A stretch of DNA of 64,000 bases from a virus (lineage: Duplodnaviria; Heunggongvirae; Uroviricota; Caudoviricetes): the IMG/VR virus record IMGVR_UViG_2556921669_000003, positions 1 through 64,000 of that record. One strand, written 5' to 3'. Made by a program: the position numbers and the translations under genes. Position 1 is the stretch's first letter, and the number at the start of each line of letters is the position of its first letter. This document shows positions 8,261-16,956 of this stretch, piece after piece. The notes beneath the pieces were generated by a model. That model saw only the letters and a program-made list of their open reading frames with translations, made no database searches and was not told the origin of the DNA.

Positions 8261-8523
8261 CCCACCACCACAAGGACCCACCCGCTACCGAGACGCCGCG
8301 CGACTGGTGCGGCACCAAACACGGCTCGCTCTACAAGCCCCGCCGCACGCTCAAGCGGGCTGCAACTGCCTTCGTAGCGGCTGGCCTCACCGGCTTCACC
8401 TACGCCTTGCTGCCCGTGGCGTTCGCTGTTGGCGGGGCGGGCATCGGGCTCTGGTATGTCGGCGCCAAGTTCTACCAATGGCTCGACGCCGACCGCTCTG
8501 ACGAGGAGCCTCTGCGGTCGTGA
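8257..8523 (+). CDS. small membrane protein (88 aa, TTG start)
   Basis: TTGA overlap with the upstream stop; TM helices AATAFVAAGLTGFTYALLPVAFAVGGAGIGLWYVGA. Confidence 0.35.
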   Translation: MTHHHKDPPATETPRDWCGTKHGSLYKPRRTLKRAATAFVAAGLTGFTYALLPVAFAVGGAGIGLWYVGAKFYQWLDADRSDEEPLRS

Positions 8524-8613
8524 AGACCGTCCCGCTTAGGCTCGTTGTCGCCTTCGCAATCCTGCTGGTCCTTCTGGATCTGCTGACGTGACCACCCACC
8601 ACATGAGGAGAAA

Positions 8614-9435
8614 TTGATGTCAGTCTTTGACAGACTTGAACAAAAGCGAAAGCCGAAAGCTCCGGTCCTTGCCGTCTACGGTACGCCGGGCGTCGGCAAG
8701 ACCAGCCTTGCCTCTGAATTTCCAGACCCGCTTTACCTCTATGTCAACGGCGAGGAGCCGCCGGATGGCGTCGACATGCCGTCGGATGAAATCACGTCGT
8801 TCAACGGCCTGCTCGATACCTTCGGCGACCTCCTGACGGAAAAGCACCCTTTCCGCACCGTCATCATCGACAGCCTGGACAAGGTCGAGCCGATGGTCTG
8901 GGAGGAAACGTGCGCCCGGAACGGCTGGGACAACATCGACAGCAATGACAAGGGGGCTCCCACGGCGTTCGGCAAGGGCTTCCTCGGGGCCGACGTCGAA
9001 TGGCGAGAATACCACAACGCCGTCAGCGCACTTTCGCGCGCCGGAATCTACGTGATCCAGATCCTGCACAGCCAGACTAAGGCGTTCAAGGACCCCCTCG
9101 TGGATGACTACGACCGATATCGTCCCAAACTTCAGACCCGAGCTCTCGATCTCGTCATCGAGAACTGCAAGGCGCTGCTGTTCCTGAACCGCCGCACGTC
9201 CGTCAAGCAGGTGGACAAGGGCTTCGGCAAGAAGGAAGCAAAGCCGGAAGGCATGTCGGGATCCGAGCGCATCATCCACACCGACGAGCGCGCCGGGTTC
9301 CTCGCGAAGAATCGGCTGAACGGCGCACCGGCGACGATCCCGTACAAGCCGGGGCAGGGGTTCGCCGAGTTGTCGAAGTACTTCGCGGCCAACGACAACG
9401 TGGCTGACGAGCATGAAGAGCGGGAGGCGGCGTGA
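8614..9435 (+). CDS. Sak4-like / AAA_24 family ssDNA-annealing ATPase
   Basis: Walker A GTPGVGKTS near the N-terminus; size and position (next to an SSB-like gene) typical of Sak4; C-terminus ...FAANDNVADEHEEREAA. Confidence 0.7.
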   Translation: MMSVFDRLEQKRKPKAPVLAVYGTPGVGKTSLASEFPDPLYLYVNGEEPPDGVDMPSDEITSFNGLLDTFGDLLTEKHPFRTVIIDSLDKVEPMVWEETCARNGWDNIDSNDKGAPTAFGKGFLGADVEWREYHNAVSALSRAGIYVIQILHSQTKAFKDPLVDDYDRYRPKLQTRALDLVIENCKALLFLNRRTSVKQVDKGFGKKEAKPEGMSGSERIIHTDERAGFLAKNRLNGAPATIPYKPGQGFAELSKYFAANDNVADEHEEREAA

Positions 9436-9677
9436 TGTTTGTGCTGCCCGTCATCGCCGCCGCAGCGGCAAGCACCGCAATGGCTAGCAGAGCCTCAATA
9501 ATGAGCACCCACATCGCAATGGCTGGCCGGAGGGACTGCCGACGTCCGGGCGGAGGTGGCGGCGTCCGCATCCACCAAGACAGCGGACACGCAGTCTCCG
9601 TCCCGGTCTCAGCCCCAACCTCCGAGCCTCAACGTGATCCGATCGAATTCGACTCGTCGGCTTGGACGGGGCGCTAG
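9432..9677 (+). CDS. questionable small ORF (81 aa)
   Basis: GTGATG overlap with the upstream gene; hydrophobic N-terminus then Arg/Gly-rich; moderate GC3. Confidence 0.2.
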   Translation: MMFVLPVIAAAAASTAMASRASIMSTHIAMAGRRDCRRPGGGGGVRIHQDSGHAVSVPVSAPTSEPQRDPIEFDSSAWTGR

Positions 9678-9680
9678 CCC

Positions 9681-9830
9681 ATGTTCGAACGCGACACATG
9701 GTTCGCCTGGTTCCCGGTCCCGGCCCGGACCGCCTACGGAACGCGCCTCGCATGGCTGGAAACAGTCTTCCGCGAGCGCTTTGTGACAGCCAGTACCGCC
9801 AGCAAGTGGCGTTACTACATCACCGCCTAA
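9681..9830 (+). CDS. small hypothetical protein (49 aa, Trp-rich; not on the ORF track)
   Basis: Protein-like sequence MFERDTWFAWFPVPARTAYGTRLAWLETVFRERF...; its stop TAA is followed by the CCACCACAGCAGGAGAAG module of the next gene. Confidence 0.3.
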   Translation: MFERDTWFAWFPVPARTAYGTRLAWLETVFRERFVTASTASKWRYYITA

Positions 9831-9852
9831 CCACCACAGCAGGAGAAGTAAG

Positions 9853-10425
9853 ATGGCAAATCTCGGCCAGCGATTTAACGCTCAGGACCACGATACCGAG
9901 CAGAGAGACTATGCCGAACTTCCGAACGGCATCTACCAGATGGAAATCGAGGCGTCCGACGTCGGCCCGACCAAGGCGGGCAGCGGCATGATTCTCAAGA
10001 CGACGAACGTCGTCATCGCACCGGACGCGTACAAGGGTCGCAAGCTCTTCAACAACTATAACCTCGAGAACCCGAATCCGCAGGCCCAGGAAATCGGCCA
10101 GCGCCAATTCGCCAGCCTTTGCCGCGCCATCGGCGTGGACAGCGTGGAAGACAGCGAGGACTTGCACTTCAAGTCCTTCACCGTGAAGGTCAGCCTCGGC
10201 AAGGCGCAGAACGGGTATCCGGCCCGCGCCGAAATCAAGTCCTACTACTTCCCCGACCAGGGCAACGTGCCGGAACCGGCGATTGATGCCGTCCAGCCGG
10301 CCGCACAGCCCACCGCCGCCAACGACAACCGGCGCCCCGCTGCCAACGACAACCACCAGCAACAATCGGCCGCCCGTCCGGCTGCGGCAGCAACCGGCGC
10401 GCGTCCGTGGGGGCAGAAGAAGTAA
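9853..10425 (+). CDS. putative phage ssDNA-binding protein; low-complexity C-terminal tail with two AANDN copies
   Basis: Position after the Sak4-like gene; acidic/aromatic core, then ...TAANDNRRPAANDNHQQQ... Confidence 0.4.
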   Translation: MANLGQRFNAQDHDTEQRDYAELPNGIYQMEIEASDVGPTKAGSGMILKTTNVVIAPDAYKGRKLFNNYNLENPNPQAQEIGQRQFASLCRAIGVDSVEDSEDLHFKSFTVKVSLGKAQNGYPARAEIKSYYFPDQGNVPEPAIDAVQPAAQPTAANDNRRPAANDNHQQQSAARPAAAATGARPWGQKK

Positions 10426-10610
10426 TGTTCGGTCTGATCGAAAAAGCGGTCCGAGTTACCGCCAACGTCGTCACGCTTCCCGTCTCGCTGGCGGCTGACG
10501 CTGTCACGTTGGGCGGCGAACTCAACGACCGGCGCCAGAGCTACACCGGCTCGAAGCTGAAGCGCATTGGCCGGGACGCTTCCGACATCGTCGAGGACGT
10601 TGCGGGCTAA
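10425..10610 (+). CDS. hypothetical protein (61 aa)
   Basis: TAATG overlap with the upstream stop. Confidence 0.35.
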   Translation: MFGLIEKAVRVTANVVTLPVSLAADAVTLGGELNDRRQSYTGSKLKRIGRDASDIVEDVAG

Positions 10611-10671
10611 CCACACCACGGCGGCTGGTTGCACCACAACCGGCCGCCACTTCACCACGAAAGAGGAGAGA

Positions 10672-11106
10672 ATGATGAAACGACTTATCCTGGCCGCCAT
10701 GCTTGCGGCCGTCACGGTCCTCGCCGGCTGCACCGACGACGACGCCAAGATCGCGTCTGCGAACATCACCAAGGCGGCCGACAACTTCGAGATCAATCGC
10801 CGCGTCGTGTTCTACAACGGCATCACCAACAGCTACATCCTGTCGGTCGAAGGACTTTGCTCCATGGACCTGAACAGCGCCGGCACGGCGTTCAACGTGA
10901 TCTGCAAAGTTGGTCCCAGCCAGTACAAGCGCCATACGCTCGTGCTTTCCGACAACACCAGCGCGTTCGTCGAGCAGTTGGAGCCGGCCAAGGCTAGCGC
11001 CTACCACTACCGCGTGACCTTCAAGCCGCAGGCCATCCTGCCCGACATCGACTTCCGGGGCGATGCTGGTGAGCTGACCACCAACAGCAGCGAGGCGAAC
11101 CAGTGA
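10672..11106 (+). CDS. lipoprotein (signal peptide plus lipobox LAGC), possible superinfection-exclusion moron
   Basis: MMKRLILAAMLAAVTVLAGCTDD...; start preceded by a hairpin with a CACCAC loop and AGAGGAGAGA. Confidence 0.6.
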   Translation: MMKRLILAAMLAAVTVLAGCTDDDAKIASANITKAADNFEINRRVVFYNGITNSYILSVEGLCSMDLNSAGTAFNVICKVGPSQYKRHTLVLSDNTSAFVEQLEPAKASAYHYRVTFKPQAILPDIDFRGDAGELTTNSSEANQ

Positions 11107-11930
11107 CCGACTACAAGGCAGAAGCCTCCAAAATAAAGCAAGCTTGCTACCCGATTCCCGGCGCGTTCGCTGCCGGTGGAGCGGTGACGAGCGTTTTCAC
11201 CGGCAAGCCCATCAACGACGTTGACGTCTATTTCAAGAGCCGGGAAGCCTTTGAGGCTGCGGTGGCCTCGGCGTACGACGAGGGCTGGTGGTGCGTCTCG
11301 TCATCGAAGCGCGCTGTCACCTTCAGCGACAATGGCGGCACGCCCGTCCAGTTCATGCATTTCGACTTCTTCCCGACGGCGCACGCAATCTTCGACGCGT
11401 TCGATTTCACAGCCGTCATGGGAGCGTTGGATTTCGACACGGGCGAATTCGTCTTCCATGACGACTTCCTGAAGCACAACTCGCAGCGGTTCCTGCGTTT
11501 CCACCCCGGCACCCGCTTCCCGCTGGCATCGGCAACGCGCGTCCTGAAATACCAAGGCCGTGGCTATACGATCGGCAAGGGCGACGTCCTCAAGATCGTT
11601 CTGGCGGGCCGCAAGGTGAAGCTGGAATCCTGGGACGACCTGAAGGACCAGATCGGCGGCGCATACGGCGAAAAGGTCGTGTTCGGGACCGAGGGCAAGG
11701 AGTTCACGCTCGACGCGGCCATCGACGCTCTTACCGTGGATGACGCTGGCAAGGAAATCTGGATCGCGAACGACAACGACGCCCAGCCAGGCAGCGCCAT
11801 CGAACTGCACCGCAGGCTTTCCGCGTTGAAGGACGAGCAGTTCGACGCCAGCCGGTTCGAGGATGGCGAAGATGGGGATGGCTGGCCCGTTGGCTACGAG
11901 CATCCCGCCCGCATTCGTTGGGCCGCCTAG
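11103..11930 (+). CDS. nucleotidyltransferase-fold protein (Pol-beta-type GGx12DVD motif)
   Basis: GGAVTSVFTGKPINDVDVYF matches hG[GS]x9-13Dh[DE]h; downstream acidic FDAFDF; contains IANDN; ends ...RIRWAA. Confidence 0.45.
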   Translation: MTDYKAEASKIKQACYPIPGAFAAGGAVTSVFTGKPINDVDVYFKSREAFEAAVASAYDEGWWCVSSSKRAVTFSDNGGTPVQFMHFDFFPTAHAIFDAFDFTAVMGALDFDTGEFVFHDDFLKHNSQRFLRFHPGTRFPLASATRVLKYQGRGYTIGKGDVLKIVLAGRKVKLESWDDLKDQIGGAYGEKVVFGTEGKEFTLDAAIDALTVDDAGKEIWIANDNDAQPGSAIELHRRLSALKDEQFDASRFEDGEDGDGWPVGYEHPARIRWAA

Positions 11931-12006
11931 ATCAACCTGCCGCATGGCCACCACCATGCGGCAATCACCACACCACGGTAGCTACCCGCTACGAGAGGAG
12001 ACACCC

Positions 12007-13059
12007 ATGCACCTTGTGATCCACAAGGAGGACCTGACGCGCGTCCTAGGCGCTGTCGCCAAGGTCGTCGAAAGCCGCAACACCATCCCAATCCTGTCCT
12101 GCGTCATGCTGACAGCAGCAGCAAGCGGCGGCGCTGGCGGCCTGTCCGTCATGGCCACCGACCTTGATATCCTCGCTACGGCCGGTGCGCCTGCGACCGT
12201 CAACGCAGCGGGCAGCACCTGCGTCGAAGCGAAGCTGCTCACCGATATCGCCCGCAAGGCGACCGGCGACATCACCATGATCCTGGACGGCGACAAGTTG
12301 GTCGTGAAGTCGGGCCGGTCTCGCTTCAGCTTGCAGACCTTGCCGTCGTCAGACTTCCCGGATCTTGGTACGCACAAGTACGACGCCGAATTCGAGACGG
12401 ACCTTGCCGCACTGTTCGCGCCGGTGGCGTTTGCGATCTCGACAGAGGAAACCCGTTTCTACTTGAACGGCATCTACCTCGAGCCGACCGCCGCCACGGC
12501 AACGGACGGGCACCGATTGGGTACCAATGCGGCCGACCTGCCGGAGTTCGCACCGGTCATCGTCCCGCGCAAGCTTGTCAGCCTCGTGCCGAAGGGCGCC
12601 GTGAAGGTCTCTGTCAGCCAGCAGAAAATCCGGTTGGAGACCGCGGCGCTCACGCTCACTTCGAAGCTGATCGACGGTACGTACCCGGACTATCGCCGCA
12701 TCATGCCGAAGCAGAACGACAAGCTCATCACTGTCGATCGTGACGCACTCATGAAGGCTGCGGACCGCGTTTCAACGGTGTCGTCCGAGCGTGGCCGCGC
12801 GGTGAAACTCAGCATCGCGCCCGGCTCGATATCCTTGGCCGTCAGCAGCGTGGATGCGGGTACGGCTGAAGACGAAATCGAGGCGGACTACAGCGGCGAA
12901 CCGCTAGATATCGGCTTCAATGCCGCTTACCTCAAGGAGCTTCTAGGCGCTCTTCCCGCTGGCGAAGTGACGATCGCACTGGCGGACAGCGGCTCGCCGA
13001 CGCTGATCAAGGGCGGAACAGAGGGGCTTTCGTTAGTTCTGATGCCCATGCGGGTGTAG
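12007..13059 (+). CDS. dnaN: DNA polymerase III beta subunit (sliding clamp), phage-encoded
   Basis: 351 aa with the three-domain DnaN architecture; start ATG after GAGAGGAGACACCC. Confidence 0.8.
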   Translation: MHLVIHKEDLTRVLGAVAKVVESRNTIPILSCVMLTAAASGGAGGLSVMATDLDILATAGAPATVNAAGSTCVEAKLLTDIARKATGDITMILDGDKLVVKSGRSRFSLQTLPSSDFPDLGTHKYDAEFETDLAALFAPVAFAISTEETRFYLNGIYLEPTAATATDGHRLGTNAADLPEFAPVIVPRKLVSLVPKGAVKVSVSQQKIRLETAALTLTSKLIDGTYPDYRRIMPKQNDKLITVDRDALMKAADRVSTVSSERGRAVKLSIAPGSISLAVSSVDAGTAEDEIEADYSGEPLDIGFNAAYLKELLGALPAGEVTIALADSGSPTLIKGGTEGLSLVLMPMRV

Positions 13060-13061
13060 GG

Positions 13062-13340
13062 ATGGCTAGGTTTCACGTCGATTACACCTTCCATGGCCGC
13101 GCCAGCCGGACAATCGAGGCCTCTTCGAAAGAGGAGGCCGAGGAGCGGATTGAGGCGGAAGTCAACTCTGATGACTTCGAAATCGATGCCGATGACATCG
13201 ACGATGTAAAATTCACTGTCGCAGAGATGCATCCCGTTACTCGCGATGGTCGCGAGTTGTGGACGACTTACGTCCGGGCTGGAGATGTGCGTGGACACCA
13301 GTCTGCGCTGGCATCGTCACCATTGTTCGGTGGCTCGTGA
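13062..13340 (+). CDS. hypothetical protein (92 aa)
   Basis: Acidic non-repetitive ORF. Confidence 0.45.
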   Translation: MARFHVDYTFHGRASRTIEASSKEEAEERIEAEVNSDDFEIDADDIDDVKFTVAEMHPVTRDGRELWTTYVRAGDVRGHQSALASSPLFGGS

Positions 13341-13642
13341 TGGCCGTCGCAGAGCCAAAGATGACGATGGTCACCGCATACTCAAACGATGATCCAGCTT
13401 GCCCCCATTGCGGGGCAAGCATGTGGGAGGCGACTACGACCCTGGGCCACCTATTGGTCGGATGGCCGCACGGCGGATTCATCCACACGCGGGCCGACGG
13501 CTACGCTCACGCAGGAGACTATCTCGAAATGGATTGCGTCGAATGCCACAAGCCATCCGCCGTTCGGTTTGGTGAGCAAGGTGGAGTGACCCTACTCGCG
13601 GCGAGAACGCATGCTGACGAGCTACTGGCGGGGACGGTGTGA
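13340..13642 (+). CDS. Cys/His-rich (zinc-ribbon-like) hypothetical protein
   Basis: CPHCG...CVEC spacing; GTGATG overlap with the upstream stop. Confidence 0.4.
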   Translation: MAVAEPKMTMVTAYSNDDPACPHCGASMWEATTTLGHLLVGWPHGGFIHTRADGYAHAGDYLEMDCVECHKPSAVRFGEQGGVTLLAARTHADELLAGTV

Positions 13643-13914
13643 TGGCGTGGCCCCCAGCAGACGGCAGCCCCTTCCGCCCCGCCAACGGCACGGAAGGCTG
13701 CATCTTCGAAAGCCGGTATTGCGAGCATTGCTCTCGCGATGCCGCCTTCCGGCAGGACATGGAGAACAATGACGGCTGCGAAATTCTCGCGGCCGCTCAT
13801 GCCGGCGAGCAACCGACGCAGTGGGTCTATCGCGGCGGCATGGGTCACTGCACCAACTTCAGCGATGACCCGGCCAATCCGATCCGCTGCCTCACGACGA
13901 TGGAGATGTTTTGA
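13639..13914 (+). CDS. Cys-rich hypothetical protein (91 aa)
   Basis: Overlapping start/stop; CIFESRYCEHC... Confidence 0.4.
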   Translation: MMAWPPADGSPFRPANGTEGCIFESRYCEHCSRDAAFRQDMENNDGCEILAAAHAGEQPTQWVYRGGMGHCTNFSDDPANPIRCLTTMEMF

Positions 13915-14195
13915 TGCACGTCACGAACCACGGCGGAATGCGCGTCCGCGAGCGTCTCGGTATCCCAAAGAAGGCAGTCGAACGCATGGCGGCACTCGCG
14001 CTGTCCGAAGGAAAGCGACATGCCGACTTTGCGGGATCGATGAGGCGCTACCTCGATGGGGTCTTCCTAGAGCATCGGAGCGCGAACAACCTTCGCGTGT
14101 ATGCGCAACACGTCTTCGTATTTAGTGGGGAGGCCCTAATCACGGCATGGCAATTACCGGCCAAGTACCGCAACAGCAAGGCGGTTCTGTCGTAA
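13911..14195 (+). CDS. hypothetical protein (94 aa)
   Basis: Overlapping start/stop chain. Confidence 0.4.
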   Translation: MMHVTNHGGMRVRERLGIPKKAVERMAALALSEGKRHADFAGSMRRYLDGVFLEHRSANNLRVYAQHVFVFSGEALITAWQLPAKYRNSKAVLS

Positions 14196-15136
14196 TGGCC
14201 CCCATCCCGAAGCCAACGCCGTCAACGCTGCGCCTCATCCAGCAGAAACTGGAAGAGGACGGCGACCAATGGGAGTCCGTCGGCATTCCGGCGGGCGACC
14301 TCGGTGTGGAATGTGATCGCGCCGTCTGGCTTGCCTTTCGGCGCGCGTCCACGCCGGAAGGCATCGACTGGCGAAAGCGCCGGATATTCCAGCGAGGTGA
14401 GATCGAGGAAGAACGCCTCCTTGATTTGCTTCGCCTTGCCGGGGTTGAGGTCTGGGGGCAGCAAGACCGTGTTCGTGCCGCTGGCGGCCACCTGAGAGGG
14501 AAGATTGACGGTCGGGCGCTTGGCCTGCTCGAGGCTCCGGCCAAGGAGCACGTCGTAGAGTGCAAGTCCGCGAAGCAGGAAGTGTTTCGGAAAGTGGCAA
14601 AGGAGGGCGTCAAGCTCGGCAAGCCTGAGCACTACGCGACTTTCCAGTTCTACATGTACGGCCTCGGCATCGACCGGGTGCTGTACCTCATGTCGAACAA
14701 GAACGATGAGGATATTCATTACGAGCGCGTCCCGTATGACGCCGAGTTCGCGATGCGCTTGGTCGCTCGCGCTGAACGGTTAATCAGCATGCCGACGCCA
14801 CCGGGCCGGTTATGCACGAAACGGGACGACTTTCGCGGGCAATTCTGCCGCCAGGCCGCGGTCTGTTGGGGCGAGGAGCGCCCGCGCGTTCATTGCCGCT
14901 CGTGCATCCACTCCACGCCGCTCATGCACGGCAACGCCGGGTGGGATTGTGCGCGATGGTCAAAGCCCCTGAGCCTGGACGAGCAGGATGAAGGGTGCGC
15001 CGCCCATTTGTTCGTCCCGGAAATGCTTGTCGGCTACGAACAAGTTGATGCGGACGAGGCGGCGGAGACCATCACATACAGAACACCGAGCGGCGACCTA
15101 TGGACCGACGGCGCGCCGCAGCAGGAAGCAGCATGA
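14195..15136 (+). CDS. PD-(D/E)xK nuclease with C-terminal Cys cluster (Cas4/RecB-like exonuclease)
   Basis: EHVVECKSAK (E-x-K) core motif plus CxxC...C...C near the C-terminus; ends ...QQEAA. Confidence 0.6.
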   Translation: MAPIPKPTPSTLRLIQQKLEEDGDQWESVGIPAGDLGVECDRAVWLAFRRASTPEGIDWRKRRIFQRGEIEEERLLDLLRLAGVEVWGQQDRVRAAGGHLRGKIDGRALGLLEAPAKEHVVECKSAKQEVFRKVAKEGVKLGKPEHYATFQFYMYGLGIDRVLYLMSNKNDEDIHYERVPYDAEFAMRLVARAERLISMPTPPGRLCTKRDDFRGQFCRQAAVCWGEERPRVHCRSCIHSTPLMHGNAGWDCARWSKPLSLDEQDEGCAAHLFVPEMLVGYEQVDADEAAETITYRTPSGDLWTDGAPQQEAA

Positions 15137-15462
15137 GCCGCAAGCCCCGCCCAATATGCCCGGTATGTGGACAGCGCGCCGTTCGCTCTGAGACGAAGTA
15201 CGGACTTCGGCACGACTGCTGTGGCCTCTGGTCGTGGGGCAACAAGCCGCTAGCCGACGCGGATACTCATAAGGCACGCAGCGAGGCGCACCGGGTCTTC
15301 GACGTGCTGTGGAGATCCGGCCACCTGTCCCGCGGCGAGGCCTACCAAGCCTTGTCATGGGCGACCGGCTGGCCGGAGGCGGACTGCCACATGATGCATA
15401 TGCCGAAAGAACGCGCCGCCCTCGTTCCTGCCGCCGTGCGCAGGATTTGGGCAGCGCTCTAA
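15133..15462 (+). CDS. zinc-finger hypothetical protein
   Basis: CPVCG...CC motif; ATGA overlap. Confidence 0.4.
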   Translation: MSRKPRPICPVCGQRAVRSETKYGLRHDCCGLWSWGNKPLADADTHKARSEAHRVFDVLWRSGHLSRGEAYQALSWATGWPEADCHMMHMPKERAALVPAAVRRIWAAL

Positions 15463-15516
15463 CCATCACCGCCCGGCACCACCAACGCCGGCCGACACCA
15501 CATAGAGGAGAAACCA

Positions 15517-16020
15517 ATGAACAAAACCAAGACAACTACCACTGCTACAGCCCGCCCCGCCGACTTCGATGCTCGCGTCATGACGTACATGCCCGGCCTT
15601 CGACGCTTGGCCGCGAAGCACGTCCCGCGTCCGTATCGTGAAGACCTCGTGAATGACACCGTCATGTACGCGCTGGAGAACTGGCGGAACTATCGCGAAA
15701 CCGGCGCCATGTGGTCGTGGCTGGAGTGGACGATGCGCGGCATCGTCACCAACGCCGCAAAGAAGGCAGCCACGCGCGACAAGCACGTCCGTTTCGTGCC
15801 GCTCACCCATCAGGATTCTGCTGTAGCGCCCGCACAGGAAGGCTATGTCCGGCTTTCCGAGACCCTGCGCGGCTTGGCGGCCCACCGCCACGGGACTGTG
15901 CTTATGCGGCGCGCTATGGGCGACACGCTGAGAGAAATAGCGGCCGACCGCGGCGCGACCAAGGAGTGGGTGCGCCAGATGGAAGTGGCCGCCCGCCGCG
16001 AACTGAGGGCAGCAGCATGA
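15517..16020 (+). CDS. ECF-type sigma-70 family sigma factor
   Basis: Region 2-like DLVNDTVMYALENWRNY and region 4 HTH LREIAADRGATKEWVRQMEVAARRELR; ends ...LRAAA. Confidence 0.6.
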   Translation: MNKTKTTTTATARPADFDARVMTYMPGLRRLAAKHVPRPYREDLVNDTVMYALENWRNYRETGAMWSWLEWTMRGIVTNAAKKAATRDKHVRFVPLTHQDSAVAPAQEGYVRLSETLRGLAAHRHGTVLMRRAMGDTLREIAADRGATKEWVRQMEVAARRELRAAA

Positions 16021-16181
16021 CCCGCCCAGTCGATGTTATCGGAGCCGACGCTGTTGCGGCGCTGCGCGCGGCCGGTTGGATCGTTGTCCGCGAGGACGCC
16101 ATCCGACTCGCGCAGGCGCACGCCCGGAGTGAGCTTAAAGATAGCCGCCAGCATTGTGAAGATCGGCCGGGGCAGGTGTGA
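16017..16181 (+). CDS. small hypothetical protein (54 aa)
   Basis: ATGA overlap with the sigma gene stop. Confidence 0.3.
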   Translation: MTRPVDVIGADAVAALRAAGWIVVREDAIRLAQAHARSELKDSRQHCEDRPGQV

Positions 16182-16558
16182 TGCGCATCATCTCAGAATC
16201 CGAATTCGCGGCCCGCATCCGTGCGTTGCTCGCCGACACCCGACCCAACGTTGGTAGCGTCACCGGTCCGGGGCGCTCCGGCGCTATCGCTGCTGTCTAT
16301 GCCAGCCATATCCTGGGCGTGCCGTTCATTCCCTATGGGAGCAAGGTGCCCACGCACCTCGGCAGCCTCCTGATTATCGACACGGCCATGGAGAGCGGGG
16401 CGACCCTGCGCAAGGCGGAGCGCCGCTACGCTGAGGCGAGTCCGGTCGTGCTGGCCTGCTATGAGGAGCCGCCGCGCGTGGCGTTCTGGTATGAGGCGCG
16501 CAAGCCGCAGCGGTATAGGCACGAGAATGATAATGGGCCGATGTGGGAGGTGGCGTGA
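16178..16558 (+). CDS. type I phosphoribosyltransferase-fold protein
   Basis: PRPP-binding signature LLIIDTAMESGATL; C-terminus ...RHENDNGPMWEVA. Confidence 0.55.
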   Translation: MMRIISESEFAARIRALLADTRPNVGSVTGPGRSGAIAAVYASHILGVPFIPYGSKVPTHLGSLLIIDTAMESGATLRKAERRYAEASPVVLACYEEPPRVAFWYEARKPQRYRHENDNGPMWEVA

Positions 16559-16956
16559 TGCGGCTAGTTGTTACTGGCGGGCGCGACTACCGCGACACGG
16601 AGCGCGCGTTCGCGGCGCTGGATGACCTTCACGCGCGCCGCCCCGTGACAGTGGTCATCGAGGGGGAGGCAGATGGCTTGGACAAGCGCGCCAAGGCATG
16701 GGCCAGGCGGCGCGGCATCGCGGTCGAGCCGTATCCCGCAACGTGGGATGACGTGGACCATCCGGCGGCTGTGGTGCGCTACCGCCGCGACGGCAAGCCG
16801 TACGACGCAAACGCAGGCCCGCGTCGAAACCAGCAGATGATTGACGATGGCCGCCCGGACTACGGGATGGTGTTTCCGGGAGGGGCTGGCACGGCAGACA
16901 TGCGCTGCCGGCTCGTTGCGGCTGGCGTGCCGTTTGAGGAGGTTGATCGTGCTTGA
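16558..16956 (+). CDS. LOG/SLOG-family (DUF2493/YspA-like) Rossmann-fold protein
   Basis: VVTGGRDY...D and PGGAGTADM resemble LOG-family motifs GGGxxG and PGGxGTxxE. Confidence 0.5.
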   Translation: MRLVVTGGRDYRDTERAFAALDDLHARRPVTVVIEGEADGLDKRAKAWARRRGIAVEPYPATWDDVDHPAAVVRYRRDGKPYDANAGPRRNQQMIDDGRPDYGMVFPGGAGTADMRCRLVAAGVPFEEVDRA

